A DNA stretch of 64,000 bases from assembly GCA_964016885.1 (NCBI GenBank), contig OZ024742.1, positions 124,001-188,000 on the forward strand, in the 5' to 3' direction. Below, piece after piece: positions 51,201 through 64,000 of the stretch (the stretch's first letter is position 1; every line of letters starts with the position of its first letter). The notes beneath the pieces were generated by a model. That model did not search any database, had not been told where the DNA came from, and saw nothing but the letters and a program-made list of their open reading frames with translations. The position numbers and the translations under genes are program-made. The DNA comes from Eledone cirrhosa (Eukaryota).

Positions 51201-54200
51201 CAAGAAGGTGGTCAGTCAGCTGTGGTCTGGTAGCCACCAACATGGTGGTCAGTCAGCTGTGGTCTGGTAGCCACCGACATGGTGGTCAGTCAGCTGTGGT
51301 CTGGTAGCCACCAACATGGTGGTCAGTCTGCTGTGGTCTGGTAGCCACCAAGAAGGTGGTCAGTCAGCTGTGGTCTGGTAGCCACCAAGAAGGTGGTCAG
51401 TCAGCTGTGGTCTGGTAGCCACCAACATGGTGGTCAGTCAGCTGTGGTCTGGTAGCCACCAAGAAGGTGGTCAGTCAGCTGTGGTCTGGTAGCCACCGAC
51501 ATGGTGGTCAGTCAGCTGTGGTCTGGTAGCCACCAAGAAGGTGGTCAGTCAGCTGTGGTCTGGTAGCCACCAACATGGTGGTCAGTCAGCTGTGGTCTGG
51601 TAGCCACCAAGAAGGTGGTCAGTCTGCTGTGGTCTGGTAGCCACCAACATGGTGGTCAGTCAGCTGTGGTCTGGTAGCCACCAAGAAGGTGGTCAGTCAG
51701 CTGTGGTCTGGTAGCCACCGACATGGTGGTCAGTCAGCTGTGGTCTGGTAGCCACCAAGAAGGTGGTCAGTCAGCTGTGGTCTGGTAGCCACCAAGAAGG
51801 TGGTCAGTCAGCTGTGGTCTGGTAGCCACCGACATGGTGGTCAGTCAGCTGTGGTCTGGTAGCCACCGACATGGTGGTCAGTCAGCTGTGGTCTGGTAGC
51901 CACCAAGAAGGTGGTCAGTCTGCTGTGGTCTGGTAGCCACCAAGAAGGTGGTCAGTCTGCTGTGGTCTGGTAGCCACCAACATGGTGGTCAGTCAGCTGT
52001 GGTCTGGTAGCCACCAAGAAGGTGGTCAGTCTGCTGTGGTCTGCTAGCCACCAAGAAGGTGGTCAGTCAGCTGTGGTCTGGTAGCCACCGACATGGTGGT
52101 CAGTCAGCTGTGGTCTGGTAGCCACCAAGAAGGTGGTCAGTCTGCTGTGGTCTGGTAGCCACCAACAAGGTGGTCAGTCAGCTGTGGTCTGGTAGCCACC
52201 AAGAAGGTGGTCAGTCTGCTGTGGTCTGGTAGCCACCAAGAAGGTGGTCAGTCTGCTGTGGTCTGGTAGCCACCAACAAGGTGGTCAGTCAGCTGTGGTC
52301 TGGTAGCCACCAAGAAGGTGGTCAGTCAGCTGTGGTCTGGTAGCCACCAACATGGTGGTCAGTCAGCTGTGGTCTGGTAGCCACCAAGAAGGTGGTCAGT
52401 CAGCTGTGGTCTGGTAGCCACCAAGAAGGTGGTCAGTCAGCTGTGGTCTGGTAGCCACCAAGAAGGTGGTCAGTCAGCTGTGGTCTGGTAGCCACCAAGA
52501 AGGTGGTCAGTCAGCTGTGGTCTGGTAGCCACCAAGAAGGTGGTCAGTCTGCTGTGGTCTGGTAGCCACCGACATGGTGGTCAGTCAGCTGTGGTCTGGT
52601 AGCCACCAAGAAGGTGGTCAGTCAGCTGTGGTCTGGTAGCCACCAACATGGTGGTCAGTCAGCTGTGGTCTGGTAGCCACCAAGAAGGTGGTCAGTCTGC
52701 TGTGGTCTGGTAGCCACCGACATGGTGGTCAGTCAGCTGTGGTCTGGTAGCCACCAAGAAGGTGGTCAGTCAGCTGTGGTCTGGTAGCCACCAACATGGT
52801 GGTCAGTCAGCTGTGGTCTGGTAGCCACCAAGAAGGTGGTCAGTCAGCTGTGGTCTGGTAGCCACCAAGAAGGTGGTCAGTCAGCTGTGGTCTGGTAGCC
52901 ACCAAGAAGGTGGTCAGTCAGCTGTGGTCTGGTAGCCACCAAGAAGGTGGTCAGTCTGCTGTGGTCTGGTAGCCACCGACATGGTGGTCAGTCAGCTGTG
53001 GTCTGGTAGCCACCAAGAAGGTGGTCAGTCAGCTGTGGTCTGGTAGCCACCAACATGGTGGTCAGTCAGCTGTGGTCTGGTAGCCACCAAGAAGGTGGTC
53101 AGTCAGCTGTGGTCTGGTAGCCACCAACATGGTGGTCAGTCAGCTGTGGTCTGGTAGCCACCAAGAAGGTGGTCAGTCAGCTGTGGTCTGGTAGCCACCA
53201 ACATGGTGGTCAGTCAGCTGTGGTCTGGTAGCCACCGACATGGTGGTCAGTCAGCTGTGGTCTGGTAGCCACCAAGAAGGTGGTCAGTCTGCTGTGGTCT
53301 GGTAGCCACCAACATGGTGGTCAGTCAGCTGTGGTCTGGTAGCCACCAAGAAGGTGGTCAGTCTGCTGTGGTCTGGTAGCCACCGATATGGTGGTCAGTC
53401 AGCTGTGGTCTGGTAGCCACCAACATGGTGGTCAGTCAGCTGTGGTCTGGTAGCCACCAAGAAGGTGGTCAGTCAGCTGTGGTCTGGTAGCCACCAACAT
53501 GGTGGTCAGTCAGCTGTGGTCTGGTAGCCACCGACATGGTGGTCAGTCAGCTGTGGTCTGGTAGCCACCGACATGGTGGTCAGTCAGCTGTGGTCTGGTA
53601 GCCACCGACATGGTGGTCAGTCAGCTGTGGTCTGGTAGCCACCAAGAAGGTGGTCAGTCTGCTGTGGTCTGGTAGCCACCAAGAAGGTGGTCAGTCTGCT
53701 GTGGTCTGGTAGCCACCAACATGGTGGTCAGTCAGCTGTGGTCTGGTAGCCACCGACATGGTGGTCAGTCAGCTGTGGTCTGCTAGCCACCGACATGGTG
53801 GTCAGTCAGCTGTGGTCTGGTAGCCACCAAGAAGGTGGTCAGTCTGCTGTGGTCTGGTAGCCACCAAGAAGGTGGTCAGTCTGCTGTGGTCTGGTAGCCA
53901 CCAACATGGTGGTCAGTCAGCTGTGGTCTGGTAGCCACCGACATGGTGGTCAGTCAGCTGTGGTCTGGTAGCCACCGACATGGTGGTCAGTCAGCTATGG
54001 TCTGGTAGCCACCGACATGGTGGTCAGTCAGCTGTGGTCTGGTAGCCACCAAGAAGGTGGTCAGTCTGCTGTGGTCTGGTAGCCACCAACATGGTGGTCA
54101 GTCAGCTGTGGTCTGGTAGCCACCAACATGGTGGTCAGTCTGCTGTGGTCTGGTAGCCACCAACATGGTGGTCAGTCAGCTGTGGTCTGGTAGCCACCGA

Positions 54201-57200
54201 CATGGTGGTCAGTCTGCTGTGGTCTGGTAGCCACCAAGAAGGTGGTCAGTCTGCTGTGGTCTGGTAGCCACCAACATGGTGGTCAGTCAGCTGTGGTCTG
54301 GTAGCCACCGACATGGTGGTCAGTCAGCTGTGGTCTGGTAGCCACCGACATGGTGGTCAGTCAGCTGTGGTCTGGTAGCCACCAAGAAGGTGGTCAGTCT
54401 GCTGTGGTCTGGTAGCCACCAACATGCTGGTCAGTCTGCTGTGGTCTGGTAGCCACCGACATGGTGGTCAGTCAGCTGTGGTCTGGTAGCCACCAAGAAG
54501 GTGGTCAGTCTGCTGTGGTCTGGTAGCCACCAACATGGTGGTCAGTCAGCTGTGGTCTGGTAGCCACCAAGAAGGTGGTCAGTCTGCTGTGGTCTGGTAG
54601 CCACCAACATGGTGGTCAGTCAGCTGTGGTCTGGTAGCCACCAAGAAGGTGGTCAGTCTGCTGTGGTCTGGTAGCCACCAACATGGTGGTCAGTCAGCTG
54701 TGGTCTGGTAGCCACCGACATGGTGGTCAGTCAGCTGTGGTCTGGTAGCCACCGACATGGTGGTCAGTCAGCTGTGATCTGGTAGCCACCAAGAAGGTGG
54801 TCAGTCTGCTGTGGTCTGGTAGCCACCAACATGGTGGTCAGTCAGCTGTGGTCTGGTAGCCACCGACATGGTGGTCAGTCAGCTGTGGTCTGGTAGCCAC
54901 CGACATGGTGGTCAGTCAGCTGTGGTCTGGTAGCCACCGACATGGTGGTCAGTTAGCTGTGGTCTGGTAGCCACCAAGAAGGTGGTCAGTCAGTTGTGGT
55001 CTGGTAGCCACCGACATGGTGGTCAGTCAGCTGTGGTCTGGTAGCCACCGACATGGTGGTCAGTCAGCTGTGGTCTGGTAGACACCGACATGGTGGTCAG
55101 TCAGCTGTGGTCTGGTAGCCACCAACATGGTGGTCAGTCAGCTGTGGTCTGGTAGCCACCAAGAAGGTGGTCAGTCAGCTGTGGTCTGGTAGCCACCAAG
55201 AAGGTGGTCAGTCAGCTGTGGTCTGGTAGCCACCAAGAAGGTGGTCAGTCAGCCGTGGTCTGGTAGCCACCGACATGGTGGTCAGTCTGCTGTGGTCTGG
55301 TAGACACCGACATGGTGGTCAGTCAGCTGTGGTCTGGTAGACACCGACATGGTGGTCAGTCAGCTGTGGTCTGGTAGCCACCAAGAAGGTGGTCAGTCAG
55401 CTGTGGTCTGGTAGCCACCAACATGGTGGTCAGTCAGCTGTGGTCTGGTAGCCACCGACATGGTGGTCAGTCAGCTGTGGTCTGGTAGCCACCGACATGG
55501 TGGTCAGTCAGCTGTGGTCTGGTAGCCACCGACATGGTGGTCAGTCAGCTGTGGTCTGGTAGCCACCGACATGGTGGTCAGTCAGCTGTGGTCTGGTAGC
55601 CACCAAGAAGGTGGTCAGTCAGCTGTGGTCTGGTAGCCACCAACATGGTGGTCAGTCAGCTGTGGTCTGGTAGCCACCGACATGGTGGTCAGTCAGCTGT
55701 GGTCTGGTAGCCACCGACATGGTGGTCAGTCAGCTGTGGTCTGGTAGCCACCGACATGGTGGTCAGTCAGCTGTGGTCTGGTAGCCACCGACATGGTGGT
55801 CAGTCAGCTGTGGTCTGGTAGCCACCAAGAAGGTGGTCAGTCAGCTGTGGTCTGGTAGCCACCAAGAAGGTGGTCAGTCTGCTGTGGTCTGGTAGCCACC
55901 GACATGGTGGTCAGTCTGCTGTGGTCTGGTAGCCACCGACATGGTGGTCAGTCAGCTGTGGTCTGGTAGCCACCAAGAAGGTGGTCAATCTGCTGTGGTC
56001 TGGTAGCCACCGACATGGTGGTCAGTCAGATGTGGTCTGGTAGCCACCAAGAAGGTGGTCAGTCAGCTGTGGTCTGGTAGTCACCAAGAAGGTGGTCAGT
56101 CTGCTGTGGTCTGGTAGCCACCGACATGGTGGTCAGTCTGCTGTGGTCTGGTAGCCACCGACATGGTGGTCAGTCAGCTGTGGTCTGGTAGCCACCGACA
56201 TGGTGGTCAGTCTGCTGTGGTCTGGTAGCCACCGACATGGTGGTCAGTCAGCTGTGGTCTGGTAGCCACCGACATGGTGGTCAGTCAGCTGCGGTCTGGT
56301 AGCCACCAACATGGTGGTCAGTCAGCTGTGGTCTGGTAGCCACCGACATGGTGGTCAGTCTGCTGTGGTCTGGTAGCCACCAACATGGTGGTCAGTCAGC
56401 TGTGGTCTGGTAGCCACCGACATGGTGATCAGTCAGCTGTGGTCTGGTAGCCACCAAGAAGGTGGTCAGTCTGCTGTGGTCTGGTAGCCACCAAGAAGGT
56501 GGTCAGTCAGCTGTGGTCTGGTAGCCACCGACATGGTGGTCAGTCTGCTGTGGTCTGGTAGCCACCGACATGGTGGTCAGTCTGCTGTGGTCTGGTAGCC
56601 ACCAAGAAGGTGGTCAGTCTGCTGTGGTCTGGTAGCCACCAAGAAGGTGGTCAGTCAGCTGTGGTCTGGTAGCCACCGACATGGTGGTCAGTCAGCTGTG
56701 GTCTGGTAGCCACCGACATGGTGGTCAGTCAGCTGTGGTCTGGTAGCCACCGACATGGTGGTCAGTCTGCTGTGGTCTGGTAGCCACCAAGAAGGTGGTC
56801 AGTCAGCTGTGGTCTGGTAGCCACCGACATGGTGGTCAGTCAGCTGTGGTCTGGTAGCCACCGACATGGTGGTCAGTCAGCTGTGGTCTGGTAGCCACCA
56901 ACATGGTGGTCAGTCAGCTGTGGTCTGGTAGCCACCAACATGGTGGTCAGTCAGCTGTGGTCTGGTAGCCACCAACATGGTGGTCAGTCAGCTGTGGTCT
57001 GGTAGCCACCGACATGGTGGTCAGTCAGCTGTGGTCTGGTAGCCACCGACATGATGGTCAGTCTGCTGTGGTCTGGTAGCCACCAACATGGTGGTCAGTC
57101 AGCTGTGGTCTGGTAGCCACCAACATGGTGGTCAGTCAGCTGTGGTCTGGTAGCCACCGACATGGTGGTCAGTCAGCTGTGGTCTGGTAACCACCAAGAA

Positions 57201-60200
57201 GGTGGTCAGTCAGCTGTGGTCTGGTAGCCACCGACATGGTGGTCAGTCAGCTGTGGTCTGGTAGCCACCAACATGGTGGTCAGTCAGCTGTGGTCTGGTA
57301 GCCACCGACATGGTGGTCAGTCAGCTGTGGTCTGGTAGCCACCGACATGGTGGTCAGTCAGCTGTGGTCTGGTAGCCACCGACATGGTGGTCAGTCAGCT
57401 GTGGTCTGGTAACCACCAAGAAGGTGGTCAGTCAGCTGTGGTCTGGTAGCCACCGACATGGTGGTCAGTCAGCTGTGGTCTGGTAGCCACCAACATGGTG
57501 GTCAGTCAGCTGTGGTCTGGTAGCCACCGACATGGTGGTCAGTCAGCTGTGGTCTGGTAGCCACCGACATGGTGGTCAGTCAGCTGTGGTCTGGTAGCCA
57601 CCGACATGGTGGTCAGTCAGCTGTGGTCTGGTAGCCACCGACATGGTGGTCAGTCTGCTGTGGTCTGGTAGCCACCAAGAAGGTGGTCAGTCTGCTGTGG
57701 TCTGGTAGCCAACAAGAAGGTGGTCAGTCAGCTGTGGTCTGGTAGCCACCGACATGGTGGTCAGTCAGCTGTGGTCTGGTAGCCACCGACATGGTGGTCA
57801 GTCAGCTGTGGTCTGGTAGCCACCGACATGGTGGTCAGTCAGCTGTGGTCTGGTAGCCACCGACATGGTGGTCAGTCAGCTGTGGTCTGGTAGCCACCGA
57901 CATGGTGGTCAGTCTGCTGTGGTCTGGTAGCCACCAAGAAGGTGGTCAGTCTGCTGTGGTCTGGTAGCCACCAAGAAGGTGGTCAGTCAGCTGTGGTCTG
58001 GTAGCCACCGACATGGTGGTCAGTCAGCTGTGGTCTGGTAGCCACCGACATGGTGGTCAGTCTGCTGTGGTCTGGTAGCCACCGACATGGTGGTCAGTCA
58101 GCTGTGGTCTGGTAGCCACCGACATGGTGGTCAGTCAGCTGTGGTCTGGTAGCCACCGACATGGTGGTCAGTCAGCTGTGGTCTGGTAGCCACCGACATG
58201 GTGGTCAGTCTGCTGTGGTCTGGTAGCCACCAACATGGTCAGTCAGCTGTGGTCTGGTAGCCACCGTCATGGTGGTCAGTGGTTTGTGGTCTGGTAGCCA
58301 CCGACATGGTGGTCAGTCAGCTGTGGTCTGGTAGCCACCGAAATGGTGGTCAGTCAGCTGTGGTCTGGTAGCCACCGACATGGTGGTCAGTCTGCTGTGG
58401 TCTGGTAGCCACCAAGAAGGTGGTCAGTCTGCTGTGGTCTGGTAGCCACCGACATGGTGGTCAGTCAGCTGTGGTCTGGTAGCCACCAAGAAGGTGGTCA
58501 GTCAGTTGTGGTCTGGTAGCCACCAAGAAGGTGGTCAGTCAGCTGTGGTCTGGTAGCCACCAAGAAGGTGGTCAGTCAGCTGTGGTCTGGTAGCGACCAA
58601 GAAGGTGGTCAGTCTGCTGTGGTCTGGTAGCCACCAAGAAGGTGGTCAGTCAGCTGTGGTCTGGTAGCCACCAAGAAGGTGGTCAGTCAGCTGTGGTCTG
58701 GTAGCCACCAACATGGTGGTCAGTCAGCTGTGGTCTGGTAGCCACCAAGAAGGTGGTCAGTCTGATGTGGTCTGGTAGCCACCGATATGGTGGTCAGTCA
58801 GCTGTGGTCTGGTAGCCACCAACATGGTGGTCAGTCAGCTGTGGTCTGGTAGCCACCAAGAAGGTGGTCAGTCTGCTGTGGTCTGGTAGCCACCAAGAAG
58901 GTGGTCAGTCAGCTGTGGTCTGGTAGCCACCGACATGGTGGTCAGTCAGCTGTGGTCTGGTAGCCACCGACATAGTGGTCAGTCAGCTGTGGTCTGGTAG
59001 CCACCAAGAAGGTGGTCAGTCAGCTGTGGTCTGGTAGCTACCAAGAAGGTGGTCAGTCAGTTGTGGTCTGGTAGCCACCGACATGGTGGTCAGTCAGCTG
59101 TGGTCTGGTAGCCACCGACATGGTGGTCAGTCAGCTGTGGTCTGGTAGCCACCAAGAAGGTGGTCAGTCAGCTGTGGTCTGGTAGCCACCGACATGGTGG
59201 TCAGTCAGCTGTGGTCTGGTAGCCACCAAGAAGGTGGTCAGTCTGCTGTGGTCTGGTAGCCACCAAGAAGGTGGTCAGTCAGCTGTGGTCTGGTAGCCAC
59301 CGACATGGTGGTCTGTCAGCTGTGGTCTGGTAGCCACCAAGAAGGTGGTCAGTCTGCTGTGGTCTGGTAGCCACCAACATGGTGGTCAGTCAGCTGTGGT
59401 CTGGTAGCCACCGACATGGTGGTCAGTCAGCTGTGGTCTGGTAGCCACCGACATGGTGGTCAGTCAGCTGTGGTCTGGTAGCCACCAAGAAGGTGGTCAG
59501 TCAGCTGTGGTCTGGTAGCCACCGACATGGTGGTCAGTCAGCTGTGGTCTGGTAGCCACCAAGAAGGTGGTCAGTCTGCTGTGGTCTGGTAGCCACCAAC
59601 ATGGTGGTCAGTCAGCTGTGGTCTGGTAGCCACCGACATGGTGGTCAGTCAGCTGTGGTCTGGTAGCCACCAAGAAGGTGGTCAGTCAGTTGTGGTCTGG
59701 TAGCCACCGACATGGTGGTCAGTCAGCTGTGGTCTGGTAGCCACCGACATGGTGGTCAGTCAGCTGTGGTCTGGTAGCCACCAAGAAGGTGGTCAGTCAG
59801 CTGTGGTCTGGTAGCCACCGACATGGTGGTCAGTCAGCTGTGGTCTGGTAGCCACCGACATGGTGGTCAGTCAGCTGTGGTCTGGTAGCCACCAAGAAGG
59901 TGGTCAGTCTGCTGTAGTCTGGTAGCCACCAACATGGTGGTCAGTCAGCTGTGGTCTGGTAGCCACCGACATGGTGGTCAGTCAGCTGTGGTCTGGTAGC
60001 CACCAAGAAGGTGGTCAGTCAGCTGTGGTCTGGTAGCCACCGAGATGGTGGTCAGTCAGCTGTGGTCTGGTAGCCACCGACATGGTGGTCAGTAAGCTGT
60101 GGTCTGGTAGCCACCAAGAAGGTGGTCAGTCTGCTGTGGTCTGGTAGCCACCAACATGGTGGTCAGTCAGCTGTGGTCTGGTAGCCACCGACATGGTGGT

Positions 60201-63200
60201 CAGTCAGCTGTGGTCTGGTAGCCACCGACATGGTGGTCAGTCAGCTGTGGTCTGGTAGCCACCAAGAAGGTGGTCAGTCTGCTGTGGTCTGGTAGCCACC
60301 AACATGGTGGTCAGTCTGCTGTGGTCTGGTAGCCACCGACATGGTGGTCAGTCAGCTGTGGTCTGGTAGCCACCAAGAAGGTGGTCAGTCTGCTGTGGTC
60401 TGGTGGCCACCAACATGGTGGTCAGTCAGCTGTGGTCTGGTAGCCACCAAGAAGGTGGTCAGTCTGCTGTGGTCTGGTAGCCACCAACATGGTGGTCAGT
60501 CAGCTGTGGTCTGGTAGCCACCAAGAAGGTGGTCAGTCTGCTGTGGTCTGGTAGCCACCGACATGGTGGTCAGTCAGCTGTGGTCTGGTAGCCACCAAGA
60601 AGGTGGTCAGTCTGCTGTGGTCTGGTAGCCACCAACATGGTGGTCAGTCAGCTGTGGTCTGGTAGCCACCGACATGGTGGTCAGTCAGCTGTGGTCTGGT
60701 AGCCACCAACATGGTGGTCAGTCAGCTGTGGTCTGGTAGCCACCAAGAAGGTGGTCAGTCTGCTGTGGTCTGGTAGCCACCAACATGGTGGTCAGTCTGC
60801 TGTGGTCTGGTAGCCACCGACATGGTGGTCAGTCAGCTGTGGTCTGGTAGCCACCAAGAAGGTGGTCAGTCTGCTGTGGTCTGGTAGCCACCAACATGGT
60901 GGTCAGTCTGCTGTGGTCTGGTAGCCACCGACATGGTGGTCAGTCAGCTGTGGTCTGGTAGCCACCAAGAAGGTGGTCAGTCAGCTGTGGTCTGGTAGCC
61001 ACCAAGAAGGTGGTCAGTCTGCTGTGGTCTGGTAGCCACCAACATGGTGGTCAGTCTGCTGTGGTCTGGTAGCCACCGACATGGTGGTCAGTCAGCTGTG
61101 GTCTGGTAGCCACCAAGAAGGTGGTCAGTCAGCTGTGGTCTGGTAGCCACCAAGAAGGTGGTCAGTCTGCTGTGGTCTGGTAGCCACCAAGAAGGTGGTC
61201 AGTCAGCTGTGGTCTGGTAGCCACCAAGAAGGTGGTCAGTCTGCTGTGGTCTGGTAGCCACCAACATGGTGGTCAGTCAGCTGTGGTCTGGTAGCCACCG
61301 ACATGGTGGTCAGTCAGCTGTGGTCTGGTAGCCACCAAGAAGGTGGTCAGTCTGCTGTGGTCTGGTAGCCACCAACATGGTGGTCAGTCAGCTGTGGTCT
61401 GGTAGCCACCGACATGGTGGTCAGTCAGCTGTGGTCTGGTAGCCACCGACATGGTGGTCAGTCAGCTGTGGTCTGGTAGCCACCGACATGGTGGTCAGTC
61501 AGCTGTGGTCTGGTAGCCACCAAGAAGGTGGTCAGTCAGCTGTGGTCTGGTAGCCACCGACATGGTGGTCAGTCAGCTGTGGTCTGGTAGCCACCGACAT
61601 GGTGGTCAGTCAGCTGTGGTCTGGTAGACACCGACATGGTGGTCAGTCAGCTGTGGTCTGGTAGCCACCAACATGGTGGTCAGTCAGCTGTGGTCTGGTA
61701 GCCACCAAGAAGGTGGTCAGTCAGCTGTGGTCTGGTAGTCACCAAGAAGGTGGTCAGTCAGCTGTGGTCTGGTAGCCACCAACATGGTGGTCAGTCAGCT
61801 GTGGTCTGGTAGACACCGACATGGTGGTCAGTCAGCTGTGGTCTGGTAGCCACCAACATGGTGGTCAGTCAGCTGTGGTCTGGTAGCCACCGACATGGTG
61901 GTCAGTCAGCTGTGGTCTGGTAGCCACCGACATGGTGGTCAGTCAGCTGTGGTCTGGTAGCCACCAAGAAGGTGGTCAGTCAGCTGTGGTCTGGTAGCCA
62001 CCAAGAAGGTGGTCAGTCAGCTGTGGTCTGGTAGCCACCAAGAAGGTGGTCAGTCAGCTGTGGTCTGGTAGCCACCGACATGGTGGTCAGTCTGCTGTGG
62101 TCTGGTAGACACCGACATGGTGGTCAGTCAGCTGTGGTCTGGTAGACACCGACATGGTGGTCAGTCAGCTGTGGTCTGGTAGCCACCAAGAAGGTGGTCA
62201 GTCTACTGTGGTCTGGTAGCCACCGACATGGTGGTCAGTCAGCTGTGGTCTGGTAGCCACCGACATGGTGGTCAGTCAGCTGTGGTCTGGTAGCCACCAA
62301 GAAGGTGGTCAGTCAGCTGTGGTCTGGTAGCCACCAACATGGTGGTCAGTCAGCTGTGGTCTGGTAGCCACCAAGAAGGTGGTCAGTCAGCTGTGGTCTG
62401 GTAGCCACCAAGAAGGTGGTCAGTCAGCTGTGGTCTGGTAGCCACCAACATGGTGGTCAATCAGCTGTAGTCTGGTAGCCACCGACATGGTGGTCAGTCA
62501 GCTGTGGTCTGGTAGCCACCGACATGGTGGTCAGTCAGCTGTGGTCTGGTAGCCACCAAGAAGGTGGTCAGTCAGCTGTGGTCTGGTAGCCACCAACATG
62601 GTGGTCAGTCAGCTGTGGTCTGGTAGCCACCGACATGGTGGTCAGTCAGCTGTGGTCTGGTAGCCACCAAGAAGGTGGTCAGTCAGCTGTGGTCTGGTAG
62701 CCACCAACATGGTGGTCAGTCAGCTGTGGTCTGGTAGCCACCGACATGGTGGTCAGTCAGCTGTGGTCTGGTAGCCACCGACATGGTGGTCAGTCAGCTG
62801 TGGTCTGGTAGCCACCGACATGGTGGTCAGTCAGCTGTGGTCTGGTAACCACCGACATGGTGGTCAGTCAGCTGTGGTCTGGTAGCCACCGACATGGTGG
62901 TCAGTCAGCTGTGGTCTGGTAGCCACCAAGATGGTGGTCAGTCAGCTGTGGTCTGGTAGCCACCAAGAAGGTGGTCAGTCAGCTGTGGTCTGGTAGCCAC
63001 CGACATGGTGGTCAGTCAGCTGTGGTCTGGTAGCCACCAAGAAGGTGGTCAGTCAGCTGTGGTCTGGTAGCCACCAACATGGTGGTCAGTCAGCTGTGGT
63101 CTGGTAGTCACCGACATGGTGGTCAGTCTGCTGTGGTCTGGTAGCCACCGACATGGTGGTCAGTCAGCTGTGGTCTGGTAGCCACCGACATGGTGGTCAG

Positions 63201-64000
63201 TCTGCTGTGGTCTGGTAGCCACCGACATGGTGGTCAGTCAGCTGTGGTCTGGTAGCCACCAACATGGTGGTCAGTCAGCTGTGGTCTGGTAGCCACCGAC
63301 ATGGTGGTCAGTCAGCTGTGGTCTGGTAGCCACCAAGAAAGTGGTCAGTCAGCTGTGGTCTGGTAGCCACCAAGAAGGTGGTCAGTCAGCTGTGGTCTGG
63401 TAGCCACCGACATGGTGGTCAGTCTGCTGTGGTCTGGTAGCCACCGACATGGTGGTCAGTCAGCTGTGGTCTGGTAGCCACCGACATGGTGGTCAGTCAG
63501 CTGTGGTCTGGTAGCCACCGACATGGTGGTCAGTCAGCTGTGGTCTGGTAGCCACCGACATGGTGGTCAGTCAGCTGTGGTCTGGTAGCCACCGACATGG
63601 TGGTCAGTCAGCTGTGGTCTGGTAGCCACCGACATGGTGGTCAGTCTGCTGTGGTCTGGTAGCCACCGACATGGTGGTCAGTCAGCTGTGGTCTGGTAGC
63701 CACCAAGATGGTGGTCAGTCAGCTGTGGTCTGGTAGCCACCAAGAAGGTGGTCAGTCAGCTGTGGTCTGGTAGCCACCAACATGGTGGTCAGTCAGCTGT
63801 GGTCTGGTAGCCACCTAGAAGGTGGTCAGTCAGCTGTGGTCTGGTAGCCACCAAGAAGGTGGTCAGTCAGCTGTGGTCTGGTAGCCACCAAGAAGGTGGT
63901 CAGTCAGCTGTGGTCTGGTAGCCACCGACATGGTGGTCAGTCTGCTGTGGTCTGGTAGACACCGACATGGTGGTCAGTCAGCTGTGGTCTGGTAGCCACC
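33210..64000 (+). repeat. 37-bp satellite GGTCTGGTAGCCACC[GACAT|AACAT|AAGAA]GGTGGTCAGTC(A/T)GCTGT, >30 kb, running off the window end
   Basis: Period 37 (e.g. 35361 to 35398). Each unit has an internal inverted repeat CCACC/GGTGG. Length variants cluster near the left edge. Confidence 0.97.

Noticed and set aside
33210-64000. CRISPR array (37-bp palindromic repeat)
   Set aside because: There are no unique spacers (units are directly adjacent), no cas genes, and the context is eukaryotic.

Overview
Eukaryotic, probably animal, repeat-dominated window with no intact host gene. The TTAGGG motif and a Nin/Deu-core tRNA SINE fit a mollusc or cephalopod, but that assignment is inference. (1) 1-21054: a 39/45-bp compound repeat, (CCCTAA)2-3 plus a fixed 27-bp spacer, C-rich on + as expected at a left chromosome end, with nested ~1.2-kb and ~3.73-kb higher-order repeats. 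(2) ~21420-33217: a decayed minus-strand RTE-like LINE split at an A|T site by a 9.3-kb Helitron block (22280-31570). The block comprises a decayed autonomous RepHel element plus non-autonomous modules and a SINE. (3) 33210-64000: a 37-bp hairpin satellite whose common variation is concentrated in a 5-nt loop. The most notable signals are histone-mRNA-type 3' stem-loops downstream of the Helitron RepHel ORF, and a telomere-derived array in which each unmutated 45-bp unit carries exactly one AGGG(TTAGGG)3 G-quadruplex motif and which appears to have been amplified by recombination.
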